Part shown: piece by piece, positions 17,597 to 27,070 of the stretch
Layout of the letters: every line of letters begins with the position of its first letter
Position numbering within the stretch: the stretch's first letter is position 1
NCBI GenBank assembly: GCA_945889545.1
Contig: CAMDCC010000002.1
Location: 1-33,876 of the forward strand
Direction: 5' to 3'
DNA: 33,876 bases
Source: Bifidobacterium breve
GTDB lineage: Bacteria > Actinomycetota > Acidimicrobiia > IMCC26256 > PALSA-555
Position numbers and translations under genes: made by a program
The notes under the pieces: generated by a model
The model's input: only the letters and a program-made list of their open reading frames with translations
Database searches by the model: none
What the model was told of the DNA's origin: nothing

Positions 17597-18700
17597 ATGG
17601 CTGGGGATGGTCCGCTCGGTGTTGGTCTCATCGGCTGCGGGATGATCGGGCAGGTGCACGCTGCGGGGCTCGGCCAGCTCGTGGAGGACGGCGATGTGCG
17701 TGCCGTTGCCGCGGCAGATCTTTCTGAAGCGGCGCGCAACAACGCCAACCGCAACGCACGAGGTTTTGCGCGGCTCCACGAGGATGCGCAGGCGGTCATC
17801 GACGACCCCGAGGTCGAGGCGGTCCTCATCTCGAGTCCCACATCCACGCACCGCGACCTGTTGCTCGCCACGCTTGCGGCGGGCAAGCCCGTGCTCTGCG
17901 AGAAGCCGCTTGCGCCCACGTTTCCTGTGGTTCGTGAGATGCACGACGCGGTCGTCGCGTCGGGGGTCGCCGCGCAGGTGGGCTTCCATTCGCGCTTTCA
18001 CTTCCTGTTCAACAAGCTGCGCGACCTGGTGGAATCGGGCGAGCTGGGTGCGCCGATGGGCTACGTGCTGCGCGAGGACCAGTACTGGCCGACCGGCGAT
18101 GTCGTGCCCGGTCATTCCTCGTGGCGCTCCGACCGCAACCAGGCCGGCGGCGGCGCGCTGTTGGAGCACACGATCCATGGCGCCGATGTGGTGTCGTGGC
18201 TCTTCGGTCCCGCGCGTCAGGTGTTCGGCCGCACGCGCAGCCTCTTCGGGTACGACGTCGAGGACGTTGCTGCGGCGACGGTCGAGCACGAGAGCGGGGT
18301 GATCGGCACCTTCGTCACGGTGTTCAACGGCGTGCGCGGTCGTGAAGAGCGCCGGCTCGAGGTGTTCTTCGAGCGGGGTGCCGTCGAGCTCACCGCCGAC
18401 TTCGTCGTCGGTGCCCCCGAAGACGGCCTGATGATCCAGCGTCCCGATGAACCAGCCGAGCACATCGACCTCGACGCCCTGCGCGTCGCACACTGGAAGA
18501 CACTCGGCCTCACCCGCACCGACGTGTTCTTCTACCTGTACCTCGGTGCGCGGGCCTGGGTGCAGAGCGTTCGAGCCGGGACCGCGCCGAGCCCCGGTTT
18601 CGGCGACGCGCTCGCCGCGCACGCGCTTGTCGAGGCGGTGTATCGATCGGCCGCGTCGGGCGGACCCGTTTCACTCGACGGCGATCTGGCACTCCCGTGA
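17597..18700 (+). CDS. Gfo/Idh/MocA family oxidoreductase
   Basis: ORF 17546..18700 trimmed to the ATG at 17597, preceded by AGGAGGG. Rossmann motif GLIGCGMIGQVH and the family EKP motif (VLCEKPLA). Confidence 0.88.
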   Translation: MAGDGPLGVGLIGCGMIGQVHAAGLGQLVEDGDVRAVAAADLSEAARNNANRNARGFARLHEDAQAVIDDPEVEAVLISSPTSTHRDLLLATLAAGKPVLCEKPLAPTFPVVREMHDAVVASGVAAQVGFHSRFHFLFNKLRDLVESGELGAPMGYVLREDQYWPTGDVVPGHSSWRSDRNQAGGGALLEHTIHGADVVSWLFGPARQVFGRTRSLFGYDVEDVAAATVEHESGVIGTFVTVFNGVRGREERRLEVFFERGAVELTADFVVGAPEDGLMIQRPDEPAEHIDLDALRVAHWKTLGLTRTDVFFYLYLGARAWVQSVRAGTAPSPGFGDALAAHALVEAVYRSAASGGPVSLDGDLALP

Positions 18701-19647
18701 GCGAGACAGCACTCGCGCCACCGGTGCGCACCCGAGTCAGCGAGCTGCTCGGTGTCGACTACCCGATCCTGCAGGCGCCCATGGGATACATCGCTCGCGC
18801 GCAGCTTGCCTCGGCGGTGTCCAACGCAGGCGCGCTCGGCATCATCGAGACCTCGTCCGGTCAGCTCGACCAGGTCCGCGACGAGATCGTCAAGATGCGC
18901 GACCTCACCGACAAGCCGTTCGGCGTGAACATTGCGCAGCTGTTCGTACGCGACACCGCCATTGTCGACTTCGTTCATGAGCACGGTGTGCGTTTCGTCA
19001 CCACATCGGCCGGCGACCCGGCCGTGTTCACCTCGGCGCTGCACGACGCCGGGATCACCGTGTTCCATGTGGTCCCCAGCCTGCGCGCGGCGTTGAAGGC
19101 GATCGCCGCGGGCGTCGACGGCATCGTGGCCGAAGGCGGCGAAGGCGGCGGCTTCAAGGCCACACGTGACGTCGCGTCGATGGTCTTGATCCCACTGGTG
19201 TGCGCGGCGGTCGACGTGCCAGTGATCGCGGCTGGCGGTGTGTGCGACGGACGGTCGATGGCCGCCGCGTTCGCGCTCGGCGCCGAGGGTGTGCAGATGG
19301 GCACGTGCATGGTCTCAGCCGCGGAATCACCGGTACACGACAACTACAAGAACCTCATCGTCGATACGCCCGAGACCGGCACCGTGTTCCTCAACCGGTG
19401 GCACAAGCCGGGGTTCCGCGTACTCGCAACGCCGCGGAGCGAGGCCCAGGAGCAGCTCGACGAGCAGGTCGTGCTCGGCTCGCTCGACGGGATCCTGCGC
19501 CTCTACTTCGAGGGCGACCTCGACGCGGCGTTCGCCTTTGGCGGACAGGTCGCCGGGCGTATCGACGCCATCGTGCCGGTCGATCGGATCATCCAGGAGA
19601 CCGTCGCCGAGTTCCGCACGACGATCGCCGGGCTCGCGAACATCTAG
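18697..19647 (+). CDS. Nitronate monooxygenase / NAD(P)H-dependent flavin oxidoreductase (NMO, FabK-like TIM barrel)
   Basis: GTGA start/stop overlap with the upstream gene. DYPILQAPMGYIA, VTTSAGDP, GIVAEGGEGGGF, VIAAGGVCDGRSMAAAFALGAEGVQMGT. Confidence 0.88.
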   Translation: MSETALAPPVRTRVSELLGVDYPILQAPMGYIARAQLASAVSNAGALGIIETSSGQLDQVRDEIVKMRDLTDKPFGVNIAQLFVRDTAIVDFVHEHGVRFVTTSAGDPAVFTSALHDAGITVFHVVPSLRAALKAIAAGVDGIVAEGGEGGGFKATRDVASMVLIPLVCAAVDVPVIAAGGVCDGRSMAAAFALGAEGVQMGTCMVSAAESPVHDNYKNLIVDTPETGTVFLNRWHKPGFRVLATPRSEAQEQLDEQVVLGSLDGILRLYFEGDLDAAFAFGGQVAGRIDAIVPVDRIIQETVAEFRTTIAGLANI

Positions 19648-19658
19648 AGTCCCGCCTT

Positions 19659-21983
19659 ATGGCCACCTCAGGTTCGATCCTCGGCAACCCGGTGCAGCGC
19701 GTCGAGGATCCCCGCATCCTCTCGGGCGAAGCCAAGTACTTCGACGACCTCAACCCTCACAATTGCGCCCATGTGGTGTTCGTGCGGTCCACGATGGCGC
19801 ACGCCAACATCACGGCGATCGACACGAGCGAGGCCGAGAGCATGCCCGGCGTGGTCGGGGTGTACACGAAGGACACGCTCGAGCTGGCGCCCGTGCAGGG
19901 CTTTGTGATGCTCGACGCAGTCTTCAGTCGTCCGCCGTTGGCCGATGGTGTCGTGCGCTTCGTCGGTGACGTGATTGCCGCGGTCGTCGCGGAGACGCGC
20001 ACGCAGGCCGTCGACGCGGCCGAGATGGTTGTGGTCGACTACGACCCGCTTCCCGCAGTCGTTGACCCAGAAGCCGCACTGGTTGAGGGCGCGCCGTTGC
20101 TGTTCCCGGCGCACGGATCGAACGAGGCGCTGGATCTTGCGGTGATGGGCGCGACCAGCGATCCCGAGATCCTCGACGGTGCCGAAGTGGTGGTGAGCGG
20201 ACGCTTCGTGAACCAACGCGTGGCGGCTGTGCCGATGGAGCCCAACGGCATCATCGTCGAGCCCGGTCACGATGGCGCGGTTACGGTGACCGTTCCCACC
20301 CAGGGTCCGTTCGGTGTGCGCGACGCGCTGGCGCCGATCCTCGGTGTCGAGCCCGACAAGATGCGCGTCGTCGCGCCAGCCGTCGGCGGCGGCTTCGGCG
20401 CCAAGACCGGCGCGTATTGCGAGCACGTCATCACGGGGGCGATCGCGCTGAAGCTCGACCGTCCGGTGAAGTGGACCGAGACCCGCTCGGAGAACATGGT
20501 CGCCATGAACCACGGGCGCGGCCAGATCCAATACGTCGACATGGCGCTCACCCGTGAAGGCAAGATCCAGGCTGTCCGAGCGCGCTTGATCTGCGACGCG
20601 GGCGCCTATCCCGGCATCGGAGCGTTCCTGCCGTTCCTCACTCGCATGATGGGTCACGGCGTCTACGAGATCCCCAAGGTCGAGGTGACGGCCCGCAGCG
20701 TTGCGACCAACACCACGACCACGGGCGCCTACCGCGGTGCGGGCCGCCCGGAGGCCGCCGCGTTCCTCGAGCGGATCATCGACATGGCGGGTGTCGAGCT
20801 CGGCATCGACCCCGTCGAGATCCGCAAGCAGAACTTCATAGCGCCCGAGCAGTTCCCGTACAGCACATCCACCGGTGCCAACTACGACGTCGGTGAGTAC
20901 GCCAAGGCGCTCGATGAGGCATGCCGCGTCGCCGATTACACCGCGTTGCGCGCCGATCAGAAGGCGCGCCGTGAGCGCGGCGACGTCAAGCAGCTTGGCA
21001 TCGGCATCGGCATCGGCGTGTACGTCGAGGTCACGGCGGGCGGCATGTTCCAGGAGTTCGGTGGGATCGAGGTGCATACCGACGGCACCGTGACCGCCAC
21101 CGTCGGTACATCGGCGCACGGCCAAGGCCACGAGACTGCCTACGCCATGATCGTCGCCGAGCTGCTCGGCGTCGAGATGAGCGCCGTACATATCGTGCAG
21201 TCCGACACCGCGGTCGTTCCTCGCGGGGGAGGCACGATGGGCTCGCGCTCGCTCCAGACTGCCGGCAGCGCGCTCTATCGAGCGGGCGAAGAAGTGGTCG
21301 AGAAGGCGAAACGCCTCACCGCGCACCTGCTCGAGGCCAACGTCGACGACATCGTGGTGCACGACGGCGGCAAGGTGGGCGTCGCTGGTGTTCCCGCTAC
21401 GGCGCTCTCGTGGTCCGAGCTGGCCGTGGCTGCCGCCGACGCCAAGCGCCGTCCCGGCGACTGGCCCAGTGGAGCAGAAGGCGCGTTGGGAGCCGAGATC
21501 GACTTCAACCAGGGCGAGGCCACGTTCCCGTTCGGCGCGCACGTCGCGGTAGTGGAGGTCGACACCGAGACCGGTCGGGTCGAGTTGTTGCGCCACATCG
21601 GCGTCGACGACTGCGGTCGCATCCTCAACCCGTTGCTCGTCACCGGTCAGCAGCACGGCGGCTTCGCGCAAGGTATTGCACAAGCGCTGTACGAAGGCGT
21701 GGTGTACGACGACGACGGCAACCCGCTCACGGCGAACCTGATGGACTACGCGATGCCGAGCGCAGCCGAGTTCCCGAGCTTCGAGGCGAGCAACACCGAG
21801 ACGCCGACCCCACTCAACCCACTGGGAGCGAAGGGCATCGGCGAGTCGGGCACGATCGGCTCCACGCCTGCGGTCCAGAACGCGGTCGTCGACGCGCTCT
21901 CGTACCTCGGGATTCGCCACCTCGACATGCCGCTCACGAGCGAGCGCGTGTGGAGTGCGATCCGCGACGCCTCACCGCGCTGA
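19659..21983 (+). CDS. Xanthine dehydrogenase family molybdopterin-binding subunit (CoxL-like, AYRGAGR type)
   Basis: ORF 19200..21983 trimmed to the ATG at 19659 (MATSGSILGNPVQRVEDPRILSGEAKY). Motifs VGGGFGAK, TGAYRGAGRPEA, GAKGIGESGTIGSTPAV. 774 aa. Confidence 0.92.
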   Translation: MATSGSILGNPVQRVEDPRILSGEAKYFDDLNPHNCAHVVFVRSTMAHANITAIDTSEAESMPGVVGVYTKDTLELAPVQGFVMLDAVFSRPPLADGVVRFVGDVIAAVVAETRTQAVDAAEMVVVDYDPLPAVVDPEAALVEGAPLLFPAHGSNEALDLAVMGATSDPEILDGAEVVVSGRFVNQRVAAVPMEPNGIIVEPGHDGAVTVTVPTQGPFGVRDALAPILGVEPDKMRVVAPAVGGGFGAKTGAYCEHVITGAIALKLDRPVKWTETRSENMVAMNHGRGQIQYVDMALTREGKIQAVRARLICDAGAYPGIGAFLPFLTRMMGHGVYEIPKVEVTARSVATNTTTTGAYRGAGRPEAAAFLERIIDMAGVELGIDPVEIRKQNFIAPEQFPYSTSTGANYDVGEYAKALDEACRVADYTALRADQKARRERGDVKQLGIGIGIGVYVEVTAGGMFQEFGGIEVHTDGTVTATVGTSAHGQGHETAYAMIVAELLGVEMSAVHIVQSDTAVVPRGGGTMGSRSLQTAGSALYRAGEEVVEKAKRLTAHLLEANVDDIVVHDGGKVGVAGVPATALSWSELAVAAADAKRRPGDWPSGAEGALGAEIDFNQGEATFPFGAHVAVVEVDTETGRVELLRHIGVDDCGRILNPLLVTGQQHGGFAQGIAQALYEGVVYDDDGNPLTANLMDYAMPSAAEFPSFEASNTETPTPLNPLGAKGIGESGTIGSTPAVQNAVVDALSYLGIRHLDMPLTSERVWSAIRDASPR

Positions 21984-22009
21984 TCCCCAGTCGTACTGAT
22001 CCCACTGAC

Positions 22010-22453
22010 GTGCCGTTCGTACCACCGACGCTGCGGCTGAGCCTCGAGCAGTTCCGCGGCATCGTTGCGCACTGCTACGACGGACTTCCGAACGAAGCCT
22101 GCGGTGTGCTGGCTGGCCCGGTCGAGGGTGCTGGTGAGCCGACTGGCGACGTGACAACGATCTTTCCGTGCACGAACACCGATGCATCGGCCCGCACGTA
22201 CACCGTCGACTCGCGTGATCTCCTCCGGGCGATGCGCGACGCCGAGAGTCGTGGCGAGGAGCTGATCGGCGTGTGGCACTCACACACGCACACCGACGCG
22301 TACCCGTCCGACACCGACGTGCGCCAAGCCATGGAACCCAACTGGATCTACGCGATCGTGAGTCTGAAGCAGGCCGAGCCCATCCTGCGTGCCTACCGCA
22401 TCCGCGACGGCCAGACCACCGAAGTCGACATCGACGTCGCTGATCTGGCCTAG
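22010..22453 (+). CDS. mec: JAMM/MPN+ metalloprotease Mec (CysO-cysteine peptidase)
   Basis: ORF 21410..22453 trimmed to the GTG at 22010. N-terminal EACGVLAG and JAMM motif HSHTHTDAYPSDTD. Immediately upstream of cysO-cysM. Confidence 0.88.
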   Translation: MPFVPPTLRLSLEQFRGIVAHCYDGLPNEACGVLAGPVEGAGEPTGDVTTIFPCTNTDASARTYTVDSRDLLRAMRDAESRGEELIGVWHSHTHTDAYPSDTDVRQAMEPNWIYAIVSLKQAEPILRAYRIRDGQTTEVDIDVADLA

Positions 22454-22461
22454 GGGTTTTC

Positions 22462-22498
22462 GGCACGCTGACGCTCGCTGAGCGAGCGTGTACGTGCC
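22462..22498 (+). promoter_or_regulatory. Strong intercistronic stem-loop between mec and cysO
   Basis: GGCACG-ctg-ACGCTCGC-tga-GCGAGCGT-gta-CGTGCC. 6+8 bp of perfect pairing with a symmetric 3x3 internal loop. No U-run follows. Confidence 0.5.
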
Positions 22499-22531
22499 AA
22501 GAAGCCCTGGGGTGACTTGTAGAGTGAGTGC

Positions 22532-22807
22532 ATGGCTGTTGAGGTGAAGTTGCCCGCTCTGTTGCGGGGGCATGCAGATGGCGCATCGTCGGTGAGCGCC
22601 GATGGCGCAACGATCGGTGAGGTGTTTGCCGACCTGACGGCTCGACACCCCGGGCTCGCCGCCAACCTCGTCGGTGACGACGGCAACCTCCACAAGTTCG
22701 TCAACGTGTACCGCAACGACGACGACATTCGGTATCTCGAAGCCCTCGACACCAAGGTTGCCGACGGCGACGTGATCTCGATCCTGCCTGCCGTCGCCGG
22801 CGGTTAG
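22532..22807 (+). CDS. cysO: MoaD/ThiS-family sulfur carrier protein CysO
   Basis: 91 aa ubiquitin-like fold protein ending ...ILPAVAGG (C-terminal Gly-Gly). Sits between mec and cysM. Confidence 0.9.
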   Translation: MAVEVKLPALLRGHADGASSVSADGATIGEVFADLTARHPGLAANLVGDDGNLHKFVNVYRNDDDIRYLEALDTKVADGDVISILPAVAGG

Positions 22808-22824
22808 ATCAGATCGAACCTGCC

Positions 22825-23763
22825 GTGACCCGGCACGAGACGATCCTCGGCGTCATCGGCGACACGCCGCTCGTCGGCATCCACGCGTTGTCGCCGAATC
22901 CCGACGTACGCATCTACGCGAAGCTCGAAGGCCAGAACCCCGGTGGTTCGTCGAAGGACCGCATCGCGCTGAAGATGGTCGAGCTCGCGGAGCGCGACGG
23001 CGTGCTCTCGCCGGGCGACACGATCCTGGAGCCGTCGTCGGGCAACACGGGGATCGGTCTGGCACTCGTCGCCAAGCTGCGCGGGTATCGATTGCGCGTG
23101 GTGATGCCCGACAACGTGTCAATCGAGCGTCGCCAGCTCCTGGAGATCTTCGGAGCCGAAGTCGTGCCGTCGCCCGGTGACGAAGGCAGTAACGGCGCGA
23201 TTCGCCTGGCTGAGGAGCTCGCCGCCGCTGATCCGTCGGTGCGGTTGCTGTTTCAGTACGGCAACCCGGCCAACCCGCTCGCGCATTACGAGAGCACCGG
23301 GCCCGAGATCTGGCGCGACTGCCCCGAGGTCGACGTGTTCGTTGCCGGCCTCGGTACGAGCGGCACGCTCATGGGCGTCGGCCGGTACTTGAAGGAGCAG
23401 AAGCCCAGCGTAAGGATCGTTGCGGTCGAGCCACCGGCGGGCGAGCTCGTGCAGGGCCTGCGCTCACTCGACGACGGGTTCGTGCCACCGATCTTCGACC
23501 CGGCATTGCTCGATGGAAAGTCGATCGTGCGACCCCGCGAGTCGATCGTATGGCTGCGACGCTTGCTCGACGAGTGCGGCATCTTCGCTGGCGTGTCGTC
23601 GGGTGCCGCAGTTGCCGGAGCCGTAAAGGCTGCCGCGACGCTCGAGCGCGGCACAATCGTCACGCTGCTCCCCGACGGTGGTTGGAAGTACTTGTCGTCG
23701 GGTGCCTGGACCGACGACCTCGACGTCGTTGCCGAGCGTGCCACCAAGATCAACTACTGGTAA
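22825..23763 (+). CDS. cysM: Cysteine synthase B-type, CysO-thiocarboxylate dependent (O-phosphoserine sulfhydrylase-like)
   Basis: GTG start. IGDTPLV, LEGQNPGGSSKDRIA (PLP lysine), EPSSGNTGIGLA, GLGTSGTLMGVGRYL. Close by-eye similarity to M. tuberculosis CysM. Confidence 0.92.
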   Translation: MTRHETILGVIGDTPLVGIHALSPNPDVRIYAKLEGQNPGGSSKDRIALKMVELAERDGVLSPGDTILEPSSGNTGIGLALVAKLRGYRLRVVMPDNVSIERRQLLEIFGAEVVPSPGDEGSNGAIRLAEELAAADPSVRLLFQYGNPANPLAHYESTGPEIWRDCPEVDVFVAGLGTSGTLMGVGRYLKEQKPSVRIVAVEPPAGELVQGLRSLDDGFVPPIFDPALLDGKSIVRPRESIVWLRRLLDECGIFAGVSSGAAVAGAVKAAATLERGTIVTLLPDGGWKYLSSGAWTDDLDVVAERATKINYW

Positions 23764-23767
23764 CGCG

Positions 23768-24736
23768 GTGGTCAGCGAGCGCGACATCGAGCATGCGGTG
23801 ACGATCCTGCGTGACGGCGGCCTCGTCGCCTTTCCGACCGAGACGGTCTACGGCCTCGGTTGCGATGCGCAGAACCTCAGCGCGCTCGCGCGCCTCTACG
23901 CGGTGAAGGGACGACCGCCCGAGCATCCAGTCATCGTCCACCTGCCGAGCGCCACCGCGCTTCCCGCGTGGGCGAGCGCGGTTCCGAGCGCAGCGCGCAC
24001 GCTCGCCGACGCGTGCTGGCCCGGCCCACTCACGATCGTGGTGCCGCGTGCCGCACACGTGCCCGACGCTGTGACGGGGGGTCGAGAGAGTGTTGCGTTG
24101 CGCGTGCCTGACCAACGGGTTGCGCTCGCGTTGCTCACGGCGTTCGCCGGTGGCCTCGCCGCACCGTCGGCGAATCGTTTCGGTTGTGTCAGCCCGACAA
24201 CAGCCGCCGATGTGGTGGCCGATCTCGGTGGCGATGTGGATCGCGTGCTCGACGACGGCCCGTGTCGCGTCGGGGTCGAGTCGACCATCGTCGACTGCAC
24301 CGGTGACGAGCCAGTGATTCTCCGGGTTGGCGCGTATCCACAGGGAGAGCTCGAAGGGCTCTTGGGTCAGCCGATCGCGCTGCAGATCGACGGCCAGCGC
24401 GCTGCGCCCGGCACGCTGCCCGTTCACTATTCGCCCGACGCGTGCGTCGTGATCGTCGACGAGCACAACGCAACGGCGGAGATCGCTGCGAGCATCGCGT
24501 CGGGGCAACGCGTGGGTGTGCTCGCGCTCGATCCACCGATCGGTCTGACCCCTGATGTTGTGGTGCTCGAACCACCGAAGAGCATCGACGACTACGCGCA
24601 CGTGCTCTACGCGCGCTTGCGCGAGGCGGATCGCCTCGGGCTGGATGTGCTCTTTGCCGTGGCGCCGCCCGCGCAAGGACTCGGTGCAGCAGTGGCCGAC
24701 CGGCTTCGGCGCGCGGCGGGGAAGTCGAACAAGTGA
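23768..24736 (+). CDS. L-threonylcarbamoyladenylate synthase (Sua5/YwlC/TsaC family, with Sua5 C-terminal domain)
   Basis: ORF 23678..24736 trimmed to the GTG at 23768, 4 nt after the cysM stop. GGLVAFPTETVYGLGCDA, KGRPPEHPVIVH, SANRFG motifs. Confidence 0.9.
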   Translation: MVSERDIEHAVTILRDGGLVAFPTETVYGLGCDAQNLSALARLYAVKGRPPEHPVIVHLPSATALPAWASAVPSAARTLADACWPGPLTIVVPRAAHVPDAVTGGRESVALRVPDQRVALALLTAFAGGLAAPSANRFGCVSPTTAADVVADLGGDVDRVLDDGPCRVGVESTIVDCTGDEPVILRVGAYPQGELEGLLGQPIALQIDGQRAAPGTLPVHYSPDACVVIVDEHNATAEIAASIASGQRVGVLALDPPIGLTPDVVVLEPPKSIDDYAHVLYARLREADRLGLDVLFAVAPPAQGLGAAVADRLRRAAGKSNK

Positions 24737-25575
24737 ACGGCCGTATCGGCGACCCCATCGGCGCCCCAATCGCAGGCCCGATCGCAGGCCCGATTGGGGT
24801 ATTCGATTCCGGGCTGGGTGGCCTCACGGTCTTGCGAGCGATGATCGATCTGCTTCCACACGAGTCCGTCATGTACTTCGGCGACACCGCGCGGTTCCCG
24901 TACGGGCCGAAGCCGAGCGACGAGGTGTTGAAGTACGCGCTCGAGATTGGCCGGCTGCTCGTGGAGCACGATGCTCGAGTCGTCGTCGTGGCTTGCAACA
25001 GCGCGGCCGCGGCGGCTCTGGAGGTCTTGGAGGAGGAGCTCCCGGTGCCGGTTCTCGGCGTGATCGAACCTGGCATGCGAGCCGCGGCGCGCACAACCCG
25101 AAGCGGCAGGGTGGGAGTGATCGGCACCGTGGGCACGATCGCCTCGGGCGCCTATCAGCGGGCTGCGGCCGATCTCGACGTTGAGATCGACCTCACATGC
25201 GCTGCGTGCCCGGGATTCGTCGAGTTCGTCGAGGCCGGCGATGTCGACTCGGAGCAGGTCCACATCCTTGCGGAGCGCCTTCTTGCCCCACTCCGGGATG
25301 TGTCCGTGGACACAGTTGTGCTTGGTTGCACCCATTACCCCCTCTTGGCTCGTACCATCAGCGACGTCATGGGGCCCGAGGTGATGCTGGTGTCGAGTGC
25401 GGACGAGACGGCGTTCGCCGTGCGCGAGCTGCTCGGTACGCCACCCGAGGGCTCCGCGCCTCGGCTGGGCGACCATCGGTTCGTCACGAGTGGCGATGTC
25501 GAGACGTTCGGACGTCTGGGGGCGCGCTTTCTTGGTCCCGAGGTCGTGCACGTCGAGCAATGGTCGTGGACCTGA
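24733..25575 (+). CDS. murI: Glutamate racemase
   Basis: GTGA overlap with the upstream stop. IGVFDSGLGGLTV, catalytic Cys contexts VVACNSAAA and LGCTHYPLL. Confidence 0.95.
   Translation: MNGRIGDPIGAPIAGPIAGPIGVFDSGLGGLTVLRAMIDLLPHESVMYFGDTARFPYGPKPSDEVLKYALEIGRLLVEHDARVVVVACNSAAAAALEVLEEELPVPVLGVIEPGMRAAARTTRSGRVGVIGTVGTIASGAYQRAAADLDVEIDLTCAACPGFVEFVEAGDVDSEQVHILAERLLAPLRDVSVDTVVLGCTHYPLLARTISDVMGPEVMLVSSADETAFAVRELLGTPPEGSAPRLGDHRFVTSGDVETFGRLGARFLGPEVVHVEQWSWT
24745..24795 (+). repeat. In-frame 12-nt tandem repeat (about 4 copies) encoding (I-G/A-x-P)n at the murI N-terminus
   Basis: atcggcgacccc / atcggcgcccca / atcgcaggcccg / atcgcaggcccg / att. The last two full units are identical. 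Confidence 0.8.
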
Positions 25576-25576
25576 T

Positions 25577-26308
25577 ATGGAGCTCACCGTGCTCGGGTGT
25601 TCAGGTTCGTACGGCGGGCCGCGTGGCGCCGCGTGCAGCGGGTACCTCGTGCGAGAGGGCGACACCGCGATCTGGCTCGACTGCGGCAACGGCACGTTCG
25701 GTCATCTCCAGCAGCACATTTCGGCCGAAGAGCTCACCGCAGTCGTCATCACTCATGAGCATCCCGATCACTGTGTCGACGTGTACGGGTTGCACGTGCT
25801 CATGAAGTGGGGTCTCGAACGAGAGGGATTCCCCGTATACGCGCCTGAAGGTCTCGACGAGCATCTCGGTACCCTTGTGGGTGGCGATTGGGGTGGCGCG
25901 TTCGAGTGGCGAGGGATCGAAGACGGCGCGCACGTGCAGCTCGGCGACGTTGGCATGCGCTTCTCGCGCACCGATCATCCGCCGCCCACGTTTGCCGTCG
26001 AGGTGGAAGGCAGCCGCAAGCGTCTCGTGTACACGTCCGACACCGGTCCGGGGTGGTCGGTCAGCGCATTCGCTCCCGGTGCCGACCTCGTGTTGTCGGA
26101 AGCCACATGGGCCGACGACTACAAGCCAGCACCCATCCACTTGACCGCACGCGAAGCCGGTGAAGCCGCGCGTGAAGCGGGCGCGCGTCGGTTGATGCTC
26201 ACGCATCTGTGGCCCCGCAACGACCCACGACGCGCGGTGGAAGAGGGGTCCAATGCCTTCGGCGAAGCAGTCACCCTCGCGGCTCCTCATCTCGTGACGC
26301 GGGTCTAA
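25577..26308 (+). CDS. MBL-fold metallo-hydrolase (cyclic nucleotide-degrading / RNase Z-like, Rv1339-type position)
   Basis: ORF 25397..26308 trimmed to the ATG at 25577, 1 nt after the murI stop. MELTVLGCSGS..., HxHxDH motif THEHPDHCVD. Confidence 0.88.
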   Translation: MELTVLGCSGSYGGPRGAACSGYLVREGDTAIWLDCGNGTFGHLQQHISAEELTAVVITHEHPDHCVDVYGLHVLMKWGLEREGFPVYAPEGLDEHLGTLVGGDWGGAFEWRGIEDGAHVQLGDVGMRFSRTDHPPPTFAVEVEGSRKRLVYTSDTGPGWSVSAFAPGADLVLSEATWADDYKPAPIHLTAREAGEAAREAGARRLMLTHLWPRNDPRRAVEEGSNAFGEAVTLAAPHLVTRV

Positions 26309-26311
26309 CGC

Positions 26312-27055
26312 ATGAGTCCGCGACGCGATGGGCGTGAGTCCGACGATCTCCGGCCCGTGGCATTCACGCGCGACTACACCGACATGGCAATGGGATCGGT
26401 GCTCGTCGAGTTCGGACGCACGCGAGTGCTGTGTACCGCGTCGGTCGAGGAGCGGGTTCCTCCGTGGCTGCGCGGCAAGGGCCGCGGTTGGGTCACCGCG
26501 GAGTACTCGATGCTGCCGGGCTCGAGTCCGGAACGGATCGAGCGAGAGGCCCAGAAGGGACGGCCGTCGGGCCGCACCCAGGAGATCCAGCGGCTCATCG
26601 GGCGATCGCTGCGAGCCGTGACCACCGTCGAGACGATGGGTGAGGTACAAGTCACTGTCGACTGCGATGTCCTCCAAGCTGATGGCGGTACTCGAACGGC
26701 ATCGATCTGCGGCGGCTACCTCGCGTTGCACGACGCCTGCTCCCGGCTCGTTGCGGCCAAGAAGATGGGCGCGCATCCCGTCAACGATCAGTGCGCGGCA
26801 ATCTCGGTGGGGATCGTCGGGGGTGTACCGAGCCTCGATCTCGACTACTCGGAAGACTCCAAGGCCGAGGTCGACATGAACGTGGTGATGACCGGCGCCG
26901 GCCGGTTCGTGGAGGTGCAAGGCACGGCCGAAGGCATGCCGTTCACGCGCAGCGAGCTCGACGATCTTGTCGGCCTCGCACAAGGCGGCATCGAGGAGCT
27001 GTTCGCGTTGCAGCGCGATCTCCTGGCTGTTCCCCCTCTGCCTCGCGCTGGGTGA
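26312..27055 (+). CDS. rph: Ribonuclease PH
   Basis: [57 protein letters not shown]...[17 protein letters not shown] aligns closely with E. coli Rph. Confidence 0.96.
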   Translation: MSPRRDGRESDDLRPVAFTRDYTDMAMGSVLVEFGRTRVLCTASVEERVPPWLRGKGRGWVTAEYSMLPGSSPERIEREAQKGRPSGRTQEIQRLIGRSLRAVTTVETMGEVQVTVDCDVLQADGGTRTASICGGYLALHDACSRLVAAKKMGAHPVNDQCAAISVGIVGGVPSLDLDYSEDSKAEVDMNVVMTGAGRFVEVQGTAEGMPFTRSELDDLVGLAQGGIEELFALQRDLLAVPPLPRAG

Positions 27056-27070
27056 GCTGCACTCGACACT

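Noticed and set aside
17447-18622. 391-aa minus-strand ORF
   Set aside because: It is antisense to the Gfo/Idh/MocA gene, which has the Rossmann and EKP motifs. It is a shadow frame.
19668-21920. 750-aa minus-strand ORF
   Set aside because: It is fully antisense to the Mo-hydroxylase large subunit, which has clear family motifs. Its translation is Arg/Asp/His-rich with no motifs.
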